From Cyanophora paradoxa CCMP329 (lineage: Eukaryota > Plantae > Glaucophyta), in NCBI GenBank assembly GCA_004431415.1, contig QPMI01000115.1, positions 1-64,000 of the forward strand: a stretch of DNA of 64,000 bases. The letters run 5' to 3'. Below, piece after piece: positions 53,580 through 64,000 of the stretch. Every line of letters begins with the position of its first letter. Position 1 is the stretch's first letter. Both the position numbers and the translations under genes were made by a program. Under the pieces are notes generated by a model, which did no database searches, had not been told where the DNA came from, and saw nothing but the letters and a program-made list of their open reading frames with translations.

Positions 53580-55451
53580 ACCGAAGGTTTTGTATGGGAG
53601 CCTCCCGCTTCGCACGAAGTTTCGCTCCCCCACCCGAAACAGAAACCGAAACTTTGCACTTCGCACGAAGTTTCTCTGACCCGAAACTTCGGGCCGGCAA
53701 CCCTAATGCCACTGGCATGTTGATGTACTGGCGAAAAGTGCCACTGAGTGAGTCCAGTCGCGGGGTCCCACTGGCCACTGGCGCCACTGTGCCCAGCCCT
53801 AGCCGTGATACGGGGAGCTCTCGAGTGTGCCACGGTGCTGCCACGGTGCCACCGTACGTGCTGGCCGGCCGCAGCCTGGCCCGCAGGCGGCCGGCCGTCA
53901 TGCTTTGGCTTGGAGCCTTGGACCCTCATCCGATCATGGGCCTCATGATCATGCCATAAATTGGCCCATAATTATAATGCCGACTCAGGTTTTGGCAGGG
54001 CTTGACATGCTGGCCACCGCGGCCGGCGCCGGCTCTAGATCTGGGGCTCGAGCGCAAATCGGCGGCTCGAGCCGGGCTCGAGCCGGCACCCCTCGAGCCA
54101 CGGCCCACGGGCCGGGCGGCCCGGGGGGCCGGGCCGGCTCGAGCCGGCCCGAGTCCTTACAATATAATATATTCGATATATATAAACAAAACTACATAAA
54201 ATAGCAAGCCGGCTCGCCGGCTCGCGCTGGCTCGCCCGTAGCAAAACCCGAGCTGGCTCGAGCCAGCCGCGATGTGCCTCTAGAGCCGGCTTGATCCACC
54301 CGGCCCGCGTGGTCAGAGGGCCGGCTCGAGCCGTCCGGCCCCTCGGCTCGGCCCGGACCGGCCCGGCTCGGGGCCCAGCCGCGGGGCCGGCAGCACATGC
54401 ATCTGCATATATGCATGGATCTTCTGAAAAGCTCCCGCTCAGTGATCGATCCCGAAGGCTTCGCGATCGAATGCATATGAAATCTCTCCGCGCATCCAAT
54501 CCGGGATAACAGGTGGAGACGTCGACGAAAAATCGTCGAGAATCTCGAGTCGTCGACGAGAAATCTTTGAGAATCTCCGAGAGTCAATTAAGAATTGATA
54601 TCTTGGGGCCCGCCGCCCGGGGAATCCCGAACTAGGAATCTCTGCGCCACCTGTTGAGGTGTGCGGAGACATTTCTCCCCCCCTTAACCTAGAAAAACAC
54701 ACGTGACCTTGAGAAACGATATGGGTACAAAGAACTGTGTGGGAGCAGTCGAAGAGAAGACTCAATTGCCGCAGTGCCGTCATGCATGATGTGTTCATGA
54801 GGTAGCACTAGCAGCACAGCGCGGCCTACATGTACAGTACATGCAGCGCTGCACTGGCGCGCGCGCAGCCAATTTTGCGAAATGTTCTTCCGCCGGATTT
54901 CCGCCAGGTCGGGTCGACCGGTAAAAACAATTAGCTGTGGAGATCCGAATTTTGCGATATCGATAACGATCGAAATAACGGCGGTAATTCGGGGGGGTAT
55001 AGTATATGGAAAGACTCGGAGAGAATTACCGCGGTCCGCGGTACCAAATTACCGCGGTCCGCGGTACCAAATTACCGCGTGTTAACCGCCCTATATACTA
55101 TGATACAAGCCTCAAGTTTTTATCATACACGCTTTCCGATGCATGCCTTCCGTGTTCGAATCGCCCTGCGATGAGAATCACGCCTTCAAATCCCGCCCGT
55201 TCCACATAATTCCGATCGATCATGCCCCACCTTGCCTGTACACGCCCCCACAGTGCTGGAGTAGACTAGAGGCTGTGGCCGGTAATTCACCAAAAAAAAA
55301 AAAAGTTTTTAAAACGCGGTAATTTCAAGTTTGGTCCCGCGGTATTTTGGCCACCCTCGGGCCGGAGTTTCTAATTATAACGCGGTAGTTTATGCCGCGG
55401 TAACTTAGTGCCACACGGTAGCGCTCCGCCGCCCCTCTCTTCGCACAGCCC

Positions 55452-55637
55452 TAGGATGGCTTAAATTGCCGAGGATTAAAATTGGCGAATTCGCTCAAAA
55501 CCGCGGCATTGCCGTGGCGAGAAATTGCCGGATTCAGGCGTTCGTTCTATGGCGGCCTAAGAAAATCTCTACCCCCGGCAATTAAGCCTCTCGGCAATTT
55601 ACGGCAAAATAAAGCGACGGCTAAATAAGCCATCCTA
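55452..55637. mobile_element. Possible 186-bp MITE
   Basis: TAGGATGGCTTA / TAAGCCATCCTA terminal inverted repeat with AATTGCCG internal repeats; no 8-bp TSD (the outer TA could be a TA TSD). Confidence 0.45.
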
Positions 55638-56107
55638 TAGCTACAGTACGTATACTAGTATGTGTACCGATCTGCAGGCCGCTCTGCAATAGAGCCTACT
55701 AACTTAGTAAGCCTAGTGGTCGAGTATCTTAGTAAGCCTAACTTAGCAAGCCGTATCTACTACGGTAGTACTACCTACCTACCTACTAGTATCTACCTCA
55801 GCTTCAAATCTGCCGGGCGGCCCCTACCCTACTAGGCTACCTCAGTAGAGCTCAGATCACCATCACTGAGTCAATTATTGCAAGCTTCAAGGCTTAGGCG
55901 TACTACCGTAGTACGATCACGGTACGGTAAGCGGCGATCGGGGCGACTTGTGTTTAATTTGCATCCCGCAGGGCCGCAGCTCGCCAGGCTCGAGCGATCG
56001 TGAATCTACGTATATACGACCCGGCGAGTACTATAGCTATCATGGTATAGCTAGGGGCCGGCCTGCTAGAGGAAAGCGAGCCCTTCAAGGCTTCGCGCCG
56101 CGGCGCG

Positions 56108-59100
56108 ATGTCGAAGGACGCAAACCCTTCCACTTCGCCGCAGAGCCAGTACTTGAAATATAGCTCATCTCTGCAGCAGGACGTGCCTGCTGGACCCATG
56201 GCCATGCAACAGCTCGGCCCGCCAGCTCCCGCATCGGCCGCTCTTCAAATTCATAATGCTCCAAGTGCACACATGCACACGAGCATCGAGACTCGCGCAA
56301 GTGCACCTTTGCCGCAACTCGCGCAGACTTACTCAGCACAAGCCACCGACACGGGTCATCCGTGGATTGACCAGGATGCGATCCAGGTCGAAGTTGTCGA
56401 GCTAGCTACGGACCGCGAGGGGGAGCTACGCGTGCCAGTGCCCTTTAGTTCATCTACACCGAGCTCGCACCCGGCATGTGTTTACGTCGCTGCAGCCTCA
56501 GGTGATTCTTCATCATGATCATGATCATGAGCTGGCCAGTCAATGATTGCTGAATGCAATTGCCGTGGATAACCTCAATATTCAGAGCCTCACAGTGCGA
56601 GCCGTGATTTCAACACAGCTCCGCTGCCTGAGCCTTCTCGGGAGTCTGTCTTGTACTACGATGCGTGCGCTAGTTGCATATGCGTAGATGTGAGACTTCG
56701 CATTTCCCGTACATATAGATTGACAGTGTGCACTTGCGCGTGCAGGTACATCAGCTTTGCGCGCGGGAGCGACAACACTAATGCAAGGACTCTCGTCAGC
56801 GCTATTGAGCAGCAGGGCCTGAAGGTGCGAGGGGGCCAGGCCTATCAAACACATGATTTTCGGAAACTGACGCTCTCCAGTGCTGTTCTGAGAACGAGAG
56901 CGACATTGCCTTTCAGAATATTGTTCATCGCAGGCGCATCTCTGCGAGCATCGAGGGTGCTGAGTGTTTCATCGTTCTGATCTCTGTCGGTATGCAATCT
57001 CTCTGATCTCTCTATGATTTCGAAAACGTTGAGCTTACAAGATTGCACGCGCACATAGATTGGTTCAGGTCAAAGTGCGCTTTTAACCTGGTCGGTTGCG
57101 GTCCGTATATGTTTTTTATTATTTGCACACAGTATGTGCATCACGGAGCTCGAGCATGCGAGCTGGCTCGGAAAGCGCATTGCCTGTGTTAGCTCCACCA
57201 AGAGGCCATCTGCGACAGCCGCTGAGGCGGCAAAGGTCGCGGGAGCAGACGCCTCGCGCGTCGAAGCTGCCCTCGCAATTCTCCGTACGCATGTGGAAAT
57301 CTTTGTTCCGAGTTTCGAAGGTGCGCGCGCACGTATGCTTGATTATGCCTATATAATTTTATAATAGATTAAGAGTGCGCGTTTAGGGGAACGATTTATG
57401 AGTGGCGTCGCTGAACTGGCGATTATCATTCGACCTGATGGCACATCTGGTGAACTCAATTCGCACTTCTGTGCTTTTCGCACTGCTATTATTTAATTCT
57501 TTCTGCAAATGCAAAGTTGTTGAGCCCGACGCGCGGACCCCCATCAAAGCCTTAGACGTGCGCTGTCTACTATTGTAATAGTCGGGTCCCCTTTATCTGA
57601 CTGCAAGCGATTTGCACGAAAAGGTCATGATATCATATCGCCGGTTCGTTGAGAATGATATCCCTGCACCTGAAAGCAGCTGTGGTCCTATCGTGATCGT
57701 GGCTCCTCTACGTGTAATCGAGCAGCCGAAATACGGGCGGTGCGACAACTCGTTAGCACTTGAAGCTTAAGCTTTCAATTGCGCGTGCATGGCTCATGAT
57801 CCTAATTCCAAACTGCCACGGTTCAGAAATGAAAGTCCTATGCAAGATCTTGGAAAGACTGCACATTTCGCACTGGGTCGACGTGGATGGCGCAAATGGC
57901 ATCCTCAAGGGCGTTCAATGGCGCGCACTGACTCAGCTCTGGCCGCGGTGTTCTATACTTACACCTTCATTATTACGTGCCCCAGGGGCAAAGCAATCGC
58001 TGCAGGGATCAAGGGCGCCTCGGTTGTTCTTGTCCTCCTCTCCCCTGACTGGATCGAGTCGACATACTGGTGCGCTCGAGCCTGCATTGAATTTTAAGTG
58101 ACTGTATCTGTGTGATTGAAACTGTTCATGATGCGCAGTATGGATGGTGCGTGCAGTATGCACATGGATGAAGAGTAGAGAAAGAATTAAACCTGTGTCT
58201 ACGTACAGAGTTTGATTATGCATGTGCAAACAAAAAGCGTATCGTCGTGGTTGAGATCGCGCCGATTGAAGAACAACACCTCGCACTTCCAAAGAATGCG
58301 ACTGAGAAGCAGCGCAGCTTCAACAGGTCCAGCGTGTTGCATTAATTCAAGTCCAGTATTTTATTTGGTACTGATGATGTCGATGCAGGCGTCAGCGCAT
58401 GTGTCTGGCTGAAATAAATTCCTGGTCTCCAGAGATCGTCTTCATCCTCAGTTTGATTGTTTTCCTCTGTAACATGTCTGTTGTTTTCAGGCAAAAAATT
58501 CTGTTCCCTCTCTTGTCTGGTCCGCAAGTGGAGATGCTAGGCGATGTCATGGAAAATGTGGAATTCAAGCAATCTGTGATCGAACTGGAGGAAGCTATTC
58601 GGGTCCGGAAATCAATCGATACCAATAAACTCGACCCCCCAATTATTCAAAAACCTGTGCCCCAGTTCGATGCGGAGAAGGCGCGTCTGCACACGCAGCT
58701 CTCGCTACGCGCAGACAAGTACAAGGAAGGTGCGAACGCGAGATCGATAAATACTGAAGTTATGTTCCACATTCATGATCATCACCCTCGCATCGGCGCG
58801 CGCATGTGCAGCTCTTGGGTTTGATGTTGCTGTGCGCTGGCCGGACGCGAAGACCGTGAAAATTGATAAGGTACTGTGACAGGCTCCATGCATTTTCATT
58901 TTATTGTATGCACAGCATGGAAGCAAGTAATATTAGTTACAGATCGAAAAGAAGCAGCGGACAAAAGCCGATGCCTTTCTTCTGCACGGATTTGCGCTTC
59001 AAGAGGCTCGAAAGTGGCTGGAAGAGACGGGTCACATTACCCCCGCCCGCGGAGGTCCGCTTGGTTTCATAAAGAACCTCTTCGGAGTCCAATCTGTGCG

Positions 59101-62100
59101 CGATGTGGGCGAACACGATGGCGAAAGTTGGCTTTAAATTAATTGTGGTTTTTGGTAGGTTGATATTGTGGAAAAACCCAGTGGGGACGGCCGAGACGTG
59201 CAGAAGTTGGCGGCAGCGCAAAAAATGCCTCAGCCTACACCTGAGCACGTGGTATCTAAGAGCGCTTGAATTGTAGAGAAGCATAACTGAATGATCGTGA
59301 TCAGGTGCTGATCAAGCATTCGGTTGACGTGGCCATGAAGAAACGTCGCACCGCTGCCGGCATTGCCTCCATTATTGCTGCACGTGCGTGTTGCCGGCGA
59401 TGTCAAAATATAGTGCTAATCATTGTTTGTTACCCATGCAGTTCTCGTGGCACTAACTATCGTTGCGTTCGTGATGCTCGGTCCGTACATACAGTACAGC
59501 ATGAACAGTTCTGCATAGTCAAAGTGGATCATTTGCAATTGCGCAGTCATTTCGCTCCAGCGTCAGGCCCAGGCAGAGTCTGCAAGCAAGAGAGCAGAAG
59601 AAGAGGCGGCGAATGCACGCAGGCAGGAAGAGGTGCGTAAATATCTGCAAAGAACTTTCCGCGTTGTCTGAGTCTCGTGCAGCGAGCAATCGCTGCAGCA
59701 AACAATGCAACAGAGTCTGCAAAGGAAGCTGAGCGGCAACGATTGCTGGCGCTCGCTGAGAGAGACAATGCTAGGGTGCAGGAAAAGGTTCGCTAATGCT
59801 AGCGTCTGAGACTAGAGTCAGCTCTGGAGAAGTACTATTGTGTCATGTCATGCGTAATATCGTACCCACAGATCGCCGAGGCACAACGCTTTCTAGCAAC
59901 CAACGCGGCTATCGAGGCTCAGCTGCAGCGGGACATCGCCACAAACGCATCCCTGGCAGCCAGCCGCTCGGCCGTGGAGGCCATTTTGCAGAAGAACGTA
60001 CGTTCGACAAAGCGTATCCTAAAAACATATGCATGTGGCATATATATATATACGCTAACGCCGACGCGATTTTAGAACGCAGAGGTACAACGGCTTCTAG
60101 CGGAAGCTGCAAGTTTGCAAGCCAATGCAAGCGCAATCGAGGCGTATATTGAGAGAGACAACGCCAGGGTGCAGGAGAAGGTTCACTAATGATGACGTTT
60201 CATAATCAGCTCTGAAGAAGTCGTGTCTAAGTTTAAGTCTGATGTATCCGCAGATCGCCGAGGCACAGCGCATTCTAGCAACCAGCGCGGCTATCGAGGC
60301 CCAGCTGCAGCGGGACATTGCCACAAATGCATCCCTGGCAGCCAGCCGATCGGCCGTTGAGGCCATTCTCCAAAAGAATGTTCGCTCGTGTATATGTTAA
60401 ATATGTAAATATGCTTACGTGGAGCTTAGAACGCAGAGGTGCAACGGGTTCTAGCGGAAGCTGCAAGTTTGCAAGCCAACGCAAGTGCAATCGAGGCGTT
60501 GGCTCAACAAGCGATTGCGGAACGAAATGCACAAGAGGCTGCAGCAAATGAAAAGCTGGCACGATTGAATGCTTTGCAGGCGGCAGCAAACGCAGAGTCT
60601 GCAAACCTGGCGAGAAATGAGGCTATTGCAAACGAGCGAGCAGCTCTATCGGCTCAAAAAGCTGTCAAGGATGCTCTTGAAGTCGCCTTGGTTCGAACAA
60701 GGTTAATCCACAAATTCGCGCACTTCGAACCTTCCTATATGTGGCACAAATTCTGACAGCAAAGTCTGCGCAGCATTGCAGCATCATTCGCAAGCTCCAC
60801 ATCAAATCCAGAGCGAGGGATGCTATACGCTATAGAAGCCTTCAGTGGCAACTCTAGCTCATTGAGTGCTAGCGTCATCTCTGAGACCGAGCGCGCACTT
60901 CGCGCCGTCTTGGAGTCCTCCGACTCTAGCTTTATTTCGACGGGGTCCGGATCCATCAGCTCAAGATCGTCGTCGGCGCGTCAGCGGCGCGCCCGCGGCC
61001 GGCGCCGTCACACATTTGCATCAACAGGAACTCGTACAGCATCAGTTTCGATCTCAGACTTCAAGGCGGAGAACAGCTTTCAAGAATTTCAGGTTAATAA
61101 AGACCTTCGGAAATGCATTCATTTTTTCACTGAGTAAAATATGGGTTGCTTGATGCAGACTTTCTTAGCCACCTCACCAAGCGGCAATTACACAGCACTT
61201 GCCGCAATCGGCCTTGTCTTAAGTGTATACACGAGTTCTGAATACAGTTATACTCGAAGGGTGCTGTTCTCTGACCGTCACGCTGCTCGCTCTGATTGTT
61301 TCGTAGGCCTATATATCTTATTCTTTTTTTGTGTAGGTTAAACTGCTTATACACGTGATGGACCCACATCAGGACATTCAGTACTCAATCGAAGACACAC
61401 TTCTGTCTTCGTTTAGTGAACCAAAATTCTGGGCTTCGTATTTTGGCGCACTTCGCATCTTGGTCGATGATTTCGGTGATGTATTTGTGCATGTCCGGTG
61501 CGAAGTCAGCTATGCAGTTTTTAGATGAGCCAAAGACGTGATCATTTTATGCTGACAGGAGTCTCGGCCACCAACCGATGCATTGTGAGACTTTCCCCGA
61601 ATTCGAAACGTCGACGTCAAATTCAGCTAGCGCTGAACGCGGCATTGGGCACGATCGGGTTCATTTGATGGGCTGCTTGCCAATGACATCGGGAGTGCTT
61701 GTTCTCTACACTAAAGAGACGGCATCTGTCGGCACGAGGGGCTGTCTGGAAAAACAAAATGGGCCTCATCACTATCTTCTTGACGTGCATGATATTTTTC
61801 TGGGCCCCGAAATGGTGGCAATTCTTGTTGGCGAGTCGACCGCGGGATGGAGAGGTGCTTGCAACTGTTCGTTCAATGCTCTTGACCGCAGGTCGATCAT
61901 GTACTTCCACAGGTTGGGAAGATAAGGACTTCTACACAGAGCAGCAGCGGCTACGGCTCAGGGACATTTACGGCTGCTACAGCTGTTCTGAGTGGGCATC
62001 TCGGAGCGCGCTGCCACGTGTCGCACTGCGGCTTTTTAATGGGCCGCTCACACTGCGCGCCGTGGAGCCAACGATGCCATTCCCCGGTCAATAGTGCTAG

Positions 62101-63851
62101 CTTTATGATCATTATAAATAATTCAGCACCGGTCTCATTCTTGCCTATGCGTGCAGGTTACCTGCCGAGCAGCCCGGATCTGTGCGAATTCTACCCAACC
62201 AACTATGAGACTCTGGACTTGGGGCAGGATCTTTTTGCAATCTCGGTCATCAGTGCGGACTACCCCTACCCCGCCGGATTTGCATTATCGCCCAAGACGT
62301 GCACGACTGCCGGTCGCGAATACATTCTGGTTGCTGGTGAGGGCAAGTTCTGGCTTGTTCCTGTAGACGTTCTTGCTTCCAGCAGCGCCACAAACCAGCA
62401 AAAGACCGAATCAATGACTATTCTTCATGCCGACACTTCAAACTTGGAGATATTCTATGACACTCGCGGACCCCAGTTCCTTGCATTCGGAACATCAGAA
62501 GTGGCTGTAGTGCAGGACTGCTCACTGGTTGTGGGCGTTCTGCGCCAGGATGGGCGAAGGGTGATTAGCAATACTCGCGCCGGCTGGGATGATTTTCCGG
62601 ACATTTCTTGGAGTGTACTCTTTCTGGTTCATCTACCTGAGATCATTTCCCCCGGAACATACATAAACGTGCCTGTGGTGCACAAGAGGCGTGACGGCAG
62701 TAACGTATCCGACATCATGCGCTTCATCACCATTGGTGACATTGGTGGCAGTGATGGCGGTCATGCAACCCTGACGGCATGGAATAAGCAGGATGGGCAG
62801 CCCCCGACCCCCATTAAGTACTCCAAATTCACCGAGTGGACACGTGGCTTTGCGCGAGAGCCTGAACTTGTTCTCGTAGACATCACCAGATACTCACCCA
62901 CTCCTGGAATGGTGCCCTTTGAATGCCTGATTTTGTTGATTTTCTGATTTTGTCACCGCTTTATAGGGGAACAATCGATTTGAATTCAAGGGCGGGATGG
63001 GAGTTCTCGCACTGCGCAACGGTCCTGGCCCAGATCTGACTAAAGGAGTCGAATTGTGCTATCGGCAGCAGCTTGTGTTTGTTCCTCTCCTGGAGGCAGC
63101 AGAAGACCCGTCGGCTTTCTGGTCAGTGGCGGAGCTGGGCTGCAACCCTGCATCTGATACCTATATGGGGAGGCGTTTCGATCTTCTTCGGCAGCGCCGA
63201 AAGGCGAATCATGCTCAAAGCTCAATGATTTCTAGGTTTTCACTGATCTTATTTGACAGATACTATTGCTTGCTGACGGCAGAACTGTTGCGGTCGGAAG
63301 TGACACAGGGGACATAATATTGCACGCAATTCTTAGCCCGTCTGACATTCCGCATAGGTCGGATATGGTGAGTCTACCATCTGTGGGTCTCTTTTCTCGT
63401 CTCATGTGTATTGACATGGCATTCGTTTGCAACAGAGTAAAATCAAAGCTGTTGAAGGGTCCATACAGTGTCTCGCAGCGGACACGAGCGGAGCACTCAT
63501 GATGATAACCGATGATAACGGCATTTTCGCTCACATTAAGCTCTCCAGCAGCGCACGGCGATTCGCTCCTGCCCGCCGAATCAAGGTTTGTCAACTTTGG
63601 CCATATAGCAATTCAAGTATGCCCTGGTTTCCAATATGTGCATGTTTCGAAATCGCCAGGGCCTCACGGTGTATGATGGACCTCTTGGGGGCACACTAAG
63701 TACTCTGAACTACATCGACGCTGCAAAAGCCGTAGAACGCACTGCTCCGAATACATACTACGAGGACCTCGGACCCAACAGTGGTGTATTTTTGACAAAG
63801 AACAATTCATGTCATTTTGTTCTTGTTGGACAGACGAAAGAATTGATCTAG
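56108..63851 (+). CDS. Intron-rich host gene: TIR-TIR-(LLxG..L..A..WL linker)-TM-coiled coil-WD40-like propeller; boundaries approximate
   Basis: GT-AG introns 56665-56745, 56825-56880, 56990-57058 and 57075-57132 splice to YYDAYISFARG...IEGAECFIVLISVDWFRSNMCITELEHASWLGKRI; second TIR domain at about 57800-58260; phase-0 introns 59633-59682, 59788-59871, 59998-60075, 60181-60253, 60380-60429 in the coiled coil; WD-like VAVGSDTGDIIL near 63290. Confidence 0.7.
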
Positions 63852-64000
63852 GACGTTGACAGCGCTTCGAGCATTTTTAGTGTATTACAGCCAACTCAAA
63901 TTTTGTCCGGGAGTACGCTGGCGACAATGCAGCGCGTACTCAGCACGCAGCCAAGTCATCTGCTAGCCTCCGACTTGTGCCCCGATTGCAACAATCCTGA

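Larger units (their letters stand above)
9720..53705. mobile_element. hAT-like non-autonomous DNA transposon B (518 bp when PLV-1 is removed)
   Basis: 11-bp TIR TAGGGTTGCCG (9720-9730) / CGGCAACCCTA (53695-53705); exact 8-bp TSD ATGCCACT at 9712-9719 and 53706-53713; TTCGCACGAAGTTTC subterminal repeats on both sides. Confidence 0.9.
9140..53801. mobile_element. hAT-like non-autonomous DNA transposon A (668 bp when nested inserts are removed)
   Basis: Left end TAGGGGTGGGCGTAGTGGCG (9140); right end reverse complement TAGGGCTGGGCACAGTGGCG (ends 53801), 17/20 match; exact 8-bp TSD GCCGTGAT at 9132-9139 and 53802-53809; CCACTG/CAGTGG subterminal repeats at both ends. An 8-bp TSD and TAGGG termini are hAT hallmarks. 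Confidence 0.85.

Noticed and set aside
54508-54655. Possible MITE with AACAGGTGG/CCACCTGTT ends
   Set aside because: Only a 9-bp inverted repeat and no TSD.
57560-57625. STAND/NACHT P-loop in the host gene (IVIVGSPLSDCKRF)
   Set aside because: Lacks GK[S/T], has no Walker B downstream, and lies between two TIR domains; NLR call not supported.

Overview
Eukaryotic (intron-containing, GC-rich, repeat-rich) genomic window dominated by a four-level nested insertion, each level bounded by terminal inverted repeats (TIRs) and a target-site duplication (TSD) readable in the sequence. From outside in: hAT-like MITE A (9140-53801, TSD GCCGTGAT); hAT-like MITE B (9720-53705, TSD ATGCCACT); a small endogenous Polinton-like virus PLV-1 (10117-53579, 353-bp TIRs, TSD ACCGA, 10,878 bp once the insert is removed); and a second, larger Polinton-like virus PLV-2 (14490-47068, hairpin-ended TIRs, TSD AAAGTG). 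PLV-1 encodes an rve integrase, a PolB-like/SF1 helicase fusion, a penton, a double jelly-roll MCP and a packaging ATPase. PLV-2 sits inside the PLV-1 replicase gene, which rejoins in frame (1361 aa) when PLV-2 is removed. PLV-2 carries its own integrase, pPolB with an eroded exonuclease domain, primase-SF3 helicase, MCP, two pentons and an ATPase, plus cargo: AdoMet decarboxylase, Dam-like methylase, a ~2070-aa fibre/lectin protein and a patatin-discoidin protein. It also has a 4.65-kb internal tandem duplication. All frameshifts I resolved are single-base losses in homopolymers, so they are probably sequencing errors. The left 9 kb is non-coding repeats including a 3.6-kb tandem duplication. 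The right 8 kb holds an intron-rich host gene with a bacterial-style TIR-TIR-TM-coiled coil-WD40-like architecture. Family assignments rest on motifs recognised by eye; no searches were run.
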